A stretch of 63,859 nucleotides of DNA, filler included, from Salisapilia sapeloensis CBS 127946 (lineage: Eukaryota; Protista; Oomycota): the NCBI GenBank assembly GCA_023334545.1. It is 12 parts of 12 records of this genome, joined end to end, with 100 filler letters (N's around TTAATTAATTAA, not from the genome) between each part and the next. Parts side by side here need not be neighbours in the genome. Positions count along the whole stretch, not along the records: positions 24,360 to 26,956 come from JAADVB010000874.1; positions 27,057 to 30,605 come from JAADVB010000740.1; positions 30,706 to 35,441 come from JAADVB010000653.1; positions 35,542 to 38,613 come from JAADVB010000791.1; 8 more parts are not named here. One strand, 5' to 3'. This document shows positions 25,044 through 35,936 of this stretch, one piece after another. A program made the position numbers and the translations under genes. Below the pieces are notes generated by a model that worked only from the letters and a program-made list of their open reading frames with translations, ran no database searches and was not told where the DNA came from. Numbering within the stretch: the first letter of the stretch is position 1; every line of letters begins with the position of its first letter.

Positions 25044-25661
25044 GTAAGACTTTTATATAACTCGACGAGCAGAGGACAGCAGAACCCGCTACAAGCGTAA
25101 AGCGGTATTTGCAACAGCTCGTACAAAGCGGTGGATTGAAACTTATCCTGTTTAGTTACAGACACATTGAAACGCCTCATTTGGAAGTCCTGCGCCTTTA
25201 TTATATTTCCACTAGACTACAACTACCTTCATGTAATCACTTTAAGGGTATCAGCTTGCGGATATATCTTTGCTTTTTGTGAATAGTGTGGCTGGTAGTT
25301 ACCACTCTGGTATGCATGCAGCTCACACTGAATCGATGCAAAGCAAATTCTTACGTTCTTGGCTTTCTGCAGTGAAATTACTCCAAAAGGTTGTGCTTCG
25401 GGAAGAGTATGCACAAGTGGCACATGCGAAGGTGTCTTCGAGAGATATGTATCACTAGTACACGCTAAAGCTAGTGACTTCGAAGTCCATCATGGATGAT
25501 AGACCTGACACATAGATACTGGAATACACTCTTATCAATAGCTACAACCTCGGTATACTACATGCGATAAGTACCATCAAGGTGTTCGCTTTTTACTTAA
25601 CAACACATCCATCTATCGGTAGTTGCGAAACATACATATATAAACCATGTCCATGTCAATA

Positions 25662-26956
25662 CTAGCACAAGCTCAAGGGGGAGGCTGGACGAATTGCTAG
25701 AGTTGGCAAATTTCCCTTTGGCCGCTGGTTGCAAAATATGACAGCGTACACAGCAGCTCTCCATCTTGCTTGAAGCGAGTGGGGCTTCGTCTTGTGCTTG
25801 GACAGAAGGAAGACGCCGGAGAGCGTGATGCCAGCGCCGAGGAAGAACATGGCGAGCTACGTTTCGAGTGGAATGAGTAAAGAGATAGGAAGGGTGCAGT
25901 GCAAACAAGACTCACCGATAGGACGGACATGTCGGCGAACTCTTCAAAGTAGACGCCGCCGCCGATGATGGAAACCGAGATGAAGAAGCACTGGAAGACG
26001 GGCACGACGAAGACGGCGTCGAAGCGCTCGAGGCCTCTGGCAAACCAGTGGATCTAGTAGCATACAAGATCATTATGTACGCCATAGAAGGAGGAAGGCA
26101 AGACAGTGGGTACCTGGAGGAAGATGCAGGAGAGCAGTGCGAGGATCATGATATACGTCCCGACATCCGTGAACTGATTGTCTCCCTGGACGGTGGCTTT
26201 CGTGACCTCGGCGACGGACTTGGCGAAGAGGACGGACTGGGCTCCGCACATCCCGGACAGCGCTGGGTAGCACACGGATCGGAGCTATGGCACAATTTCG
26301 TCAGTATGTACGATGGAAGGATGCTGAAGAAAGATAAGCAGTACTCGAGTATATCGCTTGGCCGTGTCTCCCGCCTTGCCTCCGATCGCCTGCATCCGCT
26401 CGAGACGCTTGATGATGAGGAAAACCACAAAGGAGCCGAGGACGACACCGACGGCATACACGACAAAGGGAGGGTTCTCGTAGAGCTGAACGAGCTCCCG
26501 GACGGTGTAGTGCTGCGACGTTTTATCTCCAAAGGCGGCGACGACGCAGATGCCCAAGACCACGAGGGTCGTTCCGACACCGTCCTACGCAAGACCAAAA
26601 GATAGACGTTAGTCTCTTGTGACTGCGATCGACGAATGCAAATGCATGAGATTGAATGGAAACCTGGCGACTGAACGTCTCTCGGAGGAAGAGGGAGGCA
26701 AAGACGACGTTGGCGACCATGGTGGCACCTCCGACGGGTGTGGCGAGTGACTGGGGTAGGAAACCGAGCGCTACGAGGTCGAGGAGGCTGCCAGCGATGA
26801 TGAGTACGATTCCTACATGGGTACGAATGAGAGGTTTCTGTCGAGATACTCTGGATACTGTGCTGTGCTACCAAGAGCCCATAGCGGCTGTTTGACGTAG
26901 TGTCTACGATCGACCGCCCTCCGCTTTGCTTCTCGCATGAACGAGTACTTTTGGAC
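25662..26956 (-). CDS. NIPA-type magnesium transporter (DMT superfamily), several introns; 5' truncated
   Basis: VQKYSF...YVKQPLW, DLVALGFLPQSLATPVGGATMVAN, SGMCGAQSVLFAK and RFDAVFVVPVFQCFF...GGGVYFEEF. Confidence 0.88.
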
Positions 26957-27056
26957 NNNNNNNNNNNNNNNNNNNNNNNNNNNNNNNNNNNNNNNNNNNN
27001 TTAATTAATTAANNNNNNNNNNNNNNNNNNNNNNNNNNNNNNNNNNNNNNNNNNNN

Positions 27057-27162
27057 CCAGACACCAAAGCAACAACCACGATGCGAACAATAAATTCATT
27101 TCTCATGACAAGATAGCGTCAAGACGAACGACAGGCGATGGCAACATAAATCGACAAAGTGT
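27057..27162. repeat. Left arm of a perfect 106-bp inverted repeat (partner 29857-29962); truncated by gap
   Basis: Base-by-base reverse complement of CCAGACACC...CGACAAAGTGT equals 29857-29962. Confidence 0.95.
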
Positions 27163-27620
27163 AGATCTCGAGAGAAGCAAGAAACGATCGACAGAAAATG
27201 GCAGACAGATCTATCGATATGTCAGACATAGTTATCTAGCGCGCTTTGCAGGATGCATATGGTGCATCTCACGTTTAACGTACATGTAGCTACAAAAGAC
27301 AACCATCTTGTAAACTTTGTGTTGTCATAAACCGCAAACTGGTCGATGGATGCATTCTTTGGTGATCGCGTGCGATGTAACTACTAGATTCTTGCAAGGG
27401 CCAGGACAGGTCCACCATCCACACCTACTCCTGTAAGCGTTACCATCTTGTGAGCGCAGAACTTGTCAGATAGTGATCCCTATGCTCATATCCAGTGCAG
27501 CTCTAGCCCTGCACTAAAGTAGCCGTAACTGCCGAAAATTTGGCTAAGGGCGATGTCGCACCGAGTAGGGTGGACGTACGGAGTAGATAGTCGGCAGCTA
27601 CCAAGGTAGAAACCTGGTGG

Positions 27621-27661
27621 AGTGCAAGGTGTAGACGTTATGAAGTGCAAGGTGTAGACGT
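27621..27661. repeat. 18-bp direct repeat AGTGCAAGGTGTAGACGT x2
   Basis: Copies at 27621-27638 and 27644-27661. Confidence 0.85.
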
Positions 27662-27857
27662 ATGGGGGACAAAGATGCAACATGACATGTTGAATGGAAA
27701 CGATACTTGTGGGGGAAACTTACATACAATCGTGTTGTATCTTATGAATAGTACTCTACATGGTTCCTTCTTAAGCAAAGCAAAATTGAGAGGTGGTGGG
27801 CTCTATCCGTCAGGATAAAGCATAGTTCATACAGATCCGAGCAAATACACGACCAGT

Positions 27858-28751
27858 CTACCTCGTGAAATAAATGCTGGTCGGGCGTTGAGCGCTGAGC
27901 GAAGGCAAGGTATGGTGCTGCGGAGCGTAGTTGTAGTTGTACTGGTTTGACGGAGCGGATACTGCACGAGGTGGCAAAAGAGACAGACGAGGCAGTTGAG
28001 GCGCACCCGTAGCGTAGTCCCGGCAGAGGCCACCAAACATGTTCGTAGGTCGTGGTGCGTAGGCAAATCCACTAAGCGACTGCAATGTACGAGCTCCTTC
28101 CTCTTCCTTGATGTTGTAATCTTGCTTCGGAGCAGACTCCTGCGGTTCCGACGGGTGCACGAGGAAGTCGATGCTGAATTTGCTCGGAGCTTTACTGTAG
28201 ATGGGGCTACGCGTCACGGACGTCGGAGAGCTAGCAACGGAGCTTGTATCCGTCTCGGCATCTGAATTGTCGGTAACTTTCGTCATGGTGCGCGAGTGCG
28301 CTTTGCACTGGCCGCGAACTTGGGCGAACTTGCCACATCCGATGACCGCGCAGCGGCGTCCGCCTCCATGGGCAATGCAGAATCCTTTGCTCTGCGCTAG
28401 TTTGACGCAATCTGGTGCATGGCATCGACGGCCTCCGCCGTGGGCAATGCAAAGACCTCGGCTCTGCGCAAGCTTGCTGCATTCCGGCTGACGGCATCGG
28501 GAGCCGCCACCGTGCGCTTTGCACAGGCCGCGTGTTTGAGCGAACTTGTCGCATTCCACGATGCGGCATCGTGCTCGGTGGGAGGATGGGCGGCGGGTTG
28601 AAGGCATAGTGTATGATAGTGTTGGTAGCTTGGCCTTGAGGGGTGGAAGGCAAGTTGGAAAGTGTGACAAGAAGCTCTCAGCGTCGTTGTGCTTTTGTCT
28701 GGAGGGCAGCTCGTCATATCTCGTGCTTTTCACGATAGGGTTTGAAGCCAT
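27858..28751 (-). CDS. WRKY19-like zinc-finger repeat protein (putative transcription factor)
   Basis: Four tandem C-x4-C-x3-A-x4-(L/F/Q)C-x2-H(GGG) repeats, RCRIVECDKFAQTRGLCKAHGGG...GQCKAH, followed by a Ser/Pro-rich tail. Confidence 0.85.
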   Translation of the reverse strand: MASNPIVKSTRYDELPSRQKHNDAESFLSHFPTCLPPLKAKLPTLSYTMPSTRRPSSHRARCRIVECDKFAQTRGLCKAHGGGSRCRQPECSKLAQSRGLCIAHGGGRRCHAPDCVKLAQSKGFCIAHGGGRRCAVIGCGKFAQVRGQCKAHSRTMTKVTDNSDAETDTSSVASSPTSVTRSPIYSKAPSKFSIDFLVHPSEPQESAPKQDYNIKEEEGARTLQSLSGFAYAPRPTNMFGGLCRDYATGAPQLPRLSLLPPRAVSAPSNQYNYNYAPQHHTLPSLSAQRPTSIYFTR

Positions 28752-29856
28752 CTGCGCCGATAAGTTATTTGGTGGCTGAAGGGTTGCGGCGACCAGCCAC
28801 CCCTGGACTTGCCTCTCAAATCCCTAGGCTTCCACCCGACCCCCATGCGCTAAGTAATATTGAAGACAAGTAGACGAGCGTTGATCCTTATTAGTAGCCG
28901 ATTTCTTTCCAGTGTAGCCTGACCGTGGTCGGGCAGATGCACCAGAGCGTTTCGACGGTTGTTTACGATGTATCAACATCGCTGTTGCCATTTCTATCCG
29001 TGGCATAATGCGTTAAGTCAAGGACAAAAGTCCGATTTTGGCTCCCGTTTAACAGTCTTGTGTAGAAGAAGCTAGGCAAACTCAGGCGGTAGGAAGTAGC
29101 GACAGGTAGCACTAATAGCGAGAATAGAACTTTTGATGCGCTTGTGGTGAGCTAAGATACGCACTGATGAGCATTACAGTACGGAAAGACGCTGTTATTG
29201 ACATGTAGGGACGCATGGCGCATGTTGCTGCCACGGTTTCGGATAATGCTTCTACGAAATCGTCCAAGGCACATCTAGTCACTCTCTGTACACCTCCAGC
29301 TATTAGGATCACTTCTGCAGTCTAGTCTTCCAATTAGTACCGTAATAAGCTACACTCTTGCGCAAGGCGGCTCTCTGTAATGCATAACGGAAGCTATCTA
29401 CCACTGCTGCACCGATAATAATCAACTCATGATTGATATCTTTGCTGAGCAGTCACCAAGATGCGAGAGAAGTCCATGTATCTCAAGCCAAGGTCTATGC
29501 AGTAGTTTCATGATATCTTATGCGCGCTGTGACAATGTTTAAGAGAGCTCGATGAGAATGCTATACCCCTAAATCCTTCTACCGGACACCCACACAAAGC
29601 GAAACCATCAGCAATTGCACCTTTATGACCACTGAATCATTTATTCCTTACATTTAGAAGCGTTTGTATACAGCTACTCGGATCGTCTGAAGCACTGGCA
29701 AGATAACGTTTACTTCTTTCTACCGATCCGCGTACGATCTTCTGCCTCCACTGGAATGCAAATCAGGCAGTCGCACTTTTATACCTAGGCATCTACTTCG
29801 CGCAGGCACAACCCCACAGAAGAAAGGTGTTATCGGCGGAGATACCGTTCATACCG

Positions 29857-29962
29857 ACACTTTGTCGATTTATGTTGCCATCGCCTGTCGTTCGTCTTGA
29901 CGCTATCTTGTCATGAGAAATGAATTTATTGTTCGCATCGTGGTTGTTGCTTTGGTGTCTGG
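29857..29962. repeat. Right arm of the perfect 106-bp inverted repeat (partner 27057-27162)
   Basis: Exact reverse complement of the contig start at 27057. Confidence 0.95.
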
Positions 29963-32107
29963 TCCGTGAGAGAGCTTTCTCTCCTCGTTCTTCTGGACAC
30001 AATCGTTTGTCTTTCCGACATCCTCTCAAAGGAAGAGAATAGCGAGCGTCGACTCGAGCAAGCAACTCGGTACGAAGCAGAAGAATGAAAGTATCTTTTC
30101 GTGGTGTAGTTGAAGTTGTGTTGAAGTCGAGTCGAGATAGATGACACGACAGCGTTCGGACCATGGAATCCATGCCAGCCACCGCCAGTGCACACACGTC
30201 TACACGTCCGAGTGTCCAAGCGTTCGGGGCGGGTCCCAAGAAGCGCGTGGTGGCGTATCGCGTACGACTGCGTATGCAGAGACAGGGGATTGCGAACCGG
30301 GAAGCCATGGCAACAAGTGATGGCCTTACTGTGTCGTGCTCTCTTCTGGCGTAGGGGATCAGCGTGGCCAGTCTGTCGGGCCTCCCGGCTCTCCGGTCCT
30401 GGTTGCCATGCGTTCCATGGCTGCACGTACGTGTAGCCGCTCGACAGATGGCGAACGCATTTATTCAGACAATAGGTTCCGACCCGACTTATCGAGTCAG
30501 CTACCATCGGGCTATCTCTTCCATGATACGGTCGGCTACCCTACCTGTCAAGTAATCCGTCCATCTAAACCGACCAATCTGTATCTTCGACTTGAAAGCT
30601 ATACCNNNNNNNNNNNNNNNNNNNNNNNNNNNNNNNNNNNNNNNNNNNNTTAATTAATTAANNNNNNNNNNNNNNNNNNNNNNNNNNNNNNNNNNNNNNN
30701 NNNNNAAACCGAAGCATATCGGGTGTATTGCTTGCTCGGAGCAAATTGAGTTCTGGTCATCTCGAATATGGTCAAACCGCTAGTCGTCTAGCGAGTATCC
30801 CCTAGCTGCTGACAGATCATGGACACCTCATTCCCAGCCACGCCATATGATACACGGTTTGTGCTGCTGAATTAGGCGGGATGTTGGCTAAGGTTTCGAG
30901 TACATGTCATATTCGTTGGACCTATCAGATACCTATCAGACATAGCCTGATGAGCTATCATCCACCTTACAACCATTTGACCTTTCTGGCGTAAAATGAA
31001 TTGATCATTTAGCAGAAGCATGACAGTTATCACTTGTTTCGTTGGTCCTACGTCTTTCAGAAGAAGGATTAGACAGCGTTGTTAATACATATCATACTTC
31101 TGTTCGATACTGTAAATATCCCAAGACAATAGCATTGGTAGAAGGATAAAAGTCGAGTTTATCGTGTTAAGCTTGTTCATAATAATTATATCTTCGTCCA
31201 ATTCTTAAGGTACCTCTCGTGCATTCTTCTTGGTTAAAGTTGAGTTGAATCGATCACTAAACATAAACTACGTGGTAAGTTTCATTTCACTTTACGCCAG
31301 TAGTATGGAATGGTCTGATGAATTCCACAACAAATAGAAAAGAGGGAAACCTTCATCCTGTGGTATGCTGTCGCATTTAAAATTTCTCCATTGCTCTTTC
31401 CAGACTTTGATACATAGGGTTGATTGCAACGAGTACATACCACCCCATCTCTTGGCGAATCGACTAGTAGATGATAGCGGCCTACTTAATCTATCTCCTA
31501 TAGCATCGGAAGTCTCAACTAGGCACATGAGCTGTTGAGGTCACTTTAAAGTTCCTTGAGTATAGTCAATTTACTTTCCGCTTGTATTTCTACACGGCGT
31601 TTAAAGACAACACTCAATTGTGTTTTCGGATTGACAAATTAGACGTGAAAGCTTCCATGGATACCAGTCACTCACATCGCATGTGGCTGTCTGATGAAGA
31701 AAGCTAAATGGTGAATAGTGACGCTTGAAAAAGTCTTTATTCGCCATGAACACCCTTCGTGGAATTTATAAGCTAGATATCATTCAATCGATAGCGAAAC
31801 TACGTGATCCACATCCTGATCAGATGGAAAGAGATGAATGCATGCTTCCTATCCAAATTCAGATACCGTCCCGTAAAAGCAGCCTCGTTCCCACCCTACA
31901 AGCAACCTTCCGACCACCTACCATCCCGTTTATCCAATCCGTCGGTGATATTCTAGTCTTCGTTCCACCTTGCTTTCACTATAATGTGATGACGCAATTC
32001 CAAATGGTCCTACTTTTTTAATCACTACGTCGGTTTCCTCAACATGCCTTCAGTCATTTCTAAAAAAGTTCCGATCCGATCACGTGAGCTTCTCGAATCT
32101 ACTAAAG

Positions 32108-33310
32108 ATGAGTCCAGTTGAAGGAAAAGTATTTGAACGTCTCGCCAAGTTCGAGCAGCTTTCGAGCGATGTCAAGTCCCAAGTACAGGACGTCGTGACC
32201 AAAATTCTCACGCCCGAACTCTTTTCGTCGCAATCCATCTCCATGATGTCTTCCGCCGTCGGCGTCAAGACACCAACGCTGCTGGAAAAAATCAGCGCGA
32301 ACTCGTCTAAGGAAGAAGCACCCAAGCTTTTGGATGCGCTCGTTTATCGTGGCGACCTGCACCCGCTGAATGACACCCGCGTGGAAAACTTTAGCGAAGC
32401 CACCAAAGCGATCTTCGCGCCCACCGATCGTGCTTTGGCAGGTAAGAAGGATGAAGTTTCCGTGTGGTCGGTGGCCAAGAGTGGTGCCATCCAGGCTGGG
32501 TGGATGAAGTCTGCTTCCAAAGGTATCTTTGGGTCCTCGACCAAGGACGTGTACGCCGTGGCGAACGACGAGCAGAAAGTGTTTGCACTCTTTAGCTCCG
32601 ACACGGCCCTCGATTGCCTGAATAAGCTGGAGGTTGGAGCCGACGCGTCCGTTGAATTCGACGACAGCATCGAGCATGGTATCAAGGTGACCAACCCGTC
32701 CGCCACGGTCGTCGTGGGCGCGACGTCCAAGGACAAGCAGGATGAGTGGCTCAACTCGATCATCAACGCCGGTGCCAAGTACCGCGAAGCGTTCAACACG
32801 GACGTTGAAAAGGTGAAGGATTTCTATGAGCTCAAGGACTACGATATGGACGGCAACGAAGTGTCCATGAGCAAGTACAAAGGCAAGGTGATCATGGTCG
32901 TCAACGTCTCGAGCAAATGTGGTCTGACGCCGACCAACTACCCGGAAATGGTCGAACTCGACAACAAGTACCGCGAGGAAGGACTCCAGATCCTTGCTTT
33001 CCCATGCAACCAATTCGCCAACCAAGAGCCTGGCACGCACGAAGAGATCATGGAGTTTGTCAAGCAGTACAACTGCGAGTTCCCGTTCTTTGAAAAGCAC
33101 GATGTGAACGGCGAGAACGCTCGTCCGGTGTTCACGTACTTGAAAGCTAAGCTTCCAGGTTCGTTCGGAAACTTTGTCAAGTGGAACTTTACCAAGTTCC
33201 TCATCGACCGCAACGGTCAGCCGTACAAGCGTTTCGCGCCGAAGGAGAAGCCGTTGTCGTTTGAAGACGATATTAAGGAGCTACTAGCGCAGAAGCCGAG
33301 CGACGAGTAA
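32108..33310 (+). CDS. Cys-type glutathione peroxidase with N-terminal DEP-like and PH-like domains (paralog 1)
   Basis: VVNVSSKCGLT, ILAFPCNQFANQEPG and KWNFTKFLIDRNG give the C/Q/W triad. Upstream PH-like block AGWMKSASKG...QDEWLNSI. The first in-frame ATG is at 32108. Confidence 0.9.
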   Translation: MSPVEGKVFERLAKFEQLSSDVKSQVQDVVTKILTPELFSSQSISMMSSAVGVKTPTLLEKISANSSKEEAPKLLDALVYRGDLHPLNDTRVENFSEATKAIFAPTDRALAGKKDEVSVWSVAKSGAIQAGWMKSASKGIFGSSTKDVYAVANDEQKVFALFSSDTALDCLNKLEVGADASVEFDDSIEHGIKVTNPSATVVVGATSKDKQDEWLNSIINAGAKYREAFNTDVEKVKDFYELKDYDMDGNEVSMSKYKGKVIMVVNVSSKCGLTPTNYPEMVELDNKYREEGLQILAFPCNQFANQEPGTHEEIMEFVKQYNCEFPFFEKHDVNGENARPVFTYLKAKLPGSFGNFVKWNFTKFLIDRNGQPYKRFAPKEKPLSFEDDIKELLAQKPSDE

Positions 33311-33808
33311 GAAAAGAAAAGCGATTTATTTTGGAAAAATGTCTTGTTGTCACTTTACCCATCACACGTCGCACGTCGAAAGTATAGAACCATTGGAGCC
33401 CGTTTCTACGAGAAGTGGGTGCGATTGACGATTAGAGAGAAGCGATCACGATAGCGTCTCTGCCACTAGAATGCTTCGATCGACCGCGTCAGGCGTAAAA
33501 GCTTGCATGTACCTCTGGTCGGGTGCATCTAAATGGAGACGAAGAAACGCCTGAGCTATCTTGCGGTAACGAACGTACCACTGCATGCGACTTTCAGCGA
33601 CATTCAACGGACTGTTCTCAAGCCACCGACATTGCGTACTAAATTATCCATTACATAAGCTCCGTCAGCAACTTTTTAGCCAATAAGCCAATCCAAAATA
33701 AACACATGGCTACTTTCGTCAGTGGCGGAAAAGCAGAAACATGGCTGCATTCGATCTTTGGTCATTTCTCAATTTGCGCTCCAAAGGCCAAGACGAAAAG
33801 GAGACCCC

Positions 33809-35441
33809 ATGACGTTAAACGGACGAGTATTTGCCCGCAAGGAGCAATTCGAAAAGCTGCCGGAAGAGGTCCAGCAAAATGCCAAAGATCTCGCGGCACA
33901 CATGACGCAGCACAAAGATCAAGTTTTTACCCCGCAGACGCGCATAATGGCCAAAGTCACGGGCATTAAAGGCAAGGCGCTTGTCGAGTACATTGGCAAC
34001 TACTTGACTGAAAAGAACAAGCCGGCAGAAGAAGCCGAGGCTGAAACTCCTGCAACGGAAACCCCGGCGGAAGAAGCACAAAGTGCCTCGGAGGAGAAAC
34101 CTGCCGAAGGCGACAAAGATACGGCTGCCGAAGGCGACAAAGAAAAGGAGAATGACGCCCCGACTGATGGAGAGAAGAAGGAAGGCGATGTAGCTGATGC
34201 GGAGAAGACGGAGGAGGATTCGAAGGAAGACAAGACTGAGAGCAAGAAGGAAGCTGTTAAAGAAAAAGCCGAGCAAAAGAAGGAAGTTGCTAAGGAGAAG
34301 GTTAAGGCCACGAAGCCACCTGCACTTTCACCTGAAGTCGAGAAGCAGGCTCGCCAATTGGCGGACGCGCTCGTGTTTATGGGATTCCTTACGCTTGGCA
34401 AGGACAATGAGAAGAACCCGCAGGCTCCAGTGCCGTCCGAGTTCGTGAAGGACTCTGAGTTCCTCATCCCCATTGCCCCAGAGGTCGCGACGCCATCCAC
34501 GACGTCCGTTTGGAAAGTGTTGGAAGGAGCTAATTTGGCGGAATACGTGAAGCGCAAGGCTGGCGTCTTTGCTGCGTTTTCAGCTCAAGGCAAGGACGTG
34601 TACCTCGTTGTCCAGAATGAAGCGAAGAAGATCTACCTCTTCGAGTCGGACCTTGCTCGTGCACCTGTCGCCGAGTTCGACGCGTCTAACACGAAGGCCA
34701 TGTTCGATTCTGCTCACTTTACGCACGGTGTGAAGCTCGTTGAAGGTGACAAGGTGGAGCTTCTGAACCTCCAAGAGAAGGACAAGCAGGACAACCTTTT
34801 GGATGTTCTTACGAATGCTGGTGTCCAGTACCACGAAGCATACACTGCCGACATGTCCAAGGTCAATTCTTTCTACGATCTCACGGACCATGACATGGAA
34901 GGTAACGAAGTGCCCATGAGCAAGTACAAAGGCAAGGTGGTCCTCGTCGTCAATGTCTCGAGCAAGTGCGGACTGACGCCGAAGAACTACCCAGAGTTGG
35001 CGCAGTTGGATGAAAAGTACCGTGAGGAAGGACTCCAGATCCTTGCTTTCCCATGCAACCAATTCGCCAACCAAGAGCCTGGCACGCACGAAGAGATCAT
35101 GGAGTTTGTCAAGCAGTACAACTGCGAGTTCCCGTTCTTTGAAAAGCGCGACGTGAACGGGGCGAATGCCCGCCCGGTGTTCACGTACTTGAAGAGCCAG
35201 CTTCCAGGTTCGTTTGGTGACTTTGTCAAGTGGAACTTTACCAAGTTCCTTGTGGACCGAGATGGCAAGCCGTACAAGCGTTTCGCACCAAAGGAGCAGC
35301 CGTTGTCATTCGAGGAAGATATCAAGACGTTGCTGGCCAAGGAAGTGACCAAGGAAGAGGTCAAGGAGGACACTGCGGACGCTACCAAGGAAGAGGCCAA
35401 GGAGGAAGCCATCAAGGAAGAGCCCAAGGAGGAAGCCGTCA
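33809..35441 (+). CDS. Cys-type glutathione peroxidase with DEP-like/PH-like N-terminus and E/K/A-rich insert and tail (paralog 2); 3' truncated by gap
   Basis: MTLNGRVFARKEQFEKL aligns with paralog 1 MSPVEGKVFERLAKFEQL. It carries the same GPx motifs SKCGLT, FPCNQF and KWNFTKF. Confidence 0.88.
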
Positions 35442-35936
35442 NNNNNNNNNNNNNNNNNNNNNNNNNNNNNNNNNNNNNNNNNNNNTTAATTAATTAANNN
35501 NNNNNNNNNNNNNNNNNNNNNNNNNNNNNNNNNNNNNNNNNAGTACTCTATTATTCCTCACACCAAGTATGCCACGGACCCGATCCTCAGTTGCGATGTG
35601 GCGGACGGATGGCAACTTCGTCTCATGGTCGACCAAGGCGACGATGGGTGATCGTGGCCCACTGTGCAGATTCGGCATTTTGCTCCTTGAGCAAGAACTT
35701 TTTTGCGCAGTGGTGAATTTAGTTGTGTATGAGCCTTCGTTAAAGTTTCGACAGCGAGATAATATTGTAGAAGATTGCGCTCTGAGTACGTAGGAAATCA
35801 TGCTGGCTATTCGAATGATCTTTCATCAGATAATTTTCCCTTCGAGGGGAAGATCAACGTAAATCCCAGGGAGCTTACTTTCTAAATAATGGATTTAAAT
35901 GGTTGTGCTGCAAATCCGATGATTGTTTTGCGACGA

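Noticed and set aside
29793-30605. Cluster of 60-190 aa ORFs on both strands beyond the inverted-repeat arm
   Set aside because: No coherent codon bias or motifs; probably non-coding or repeat-derived.
33706-33808. Upstream ATGs for GPx paralog 2 requiring a frameshift
   Set aside because: The in-frame ATG at 33809 aligns with the start of paralog 1, so programmed frameshifting is not needed.
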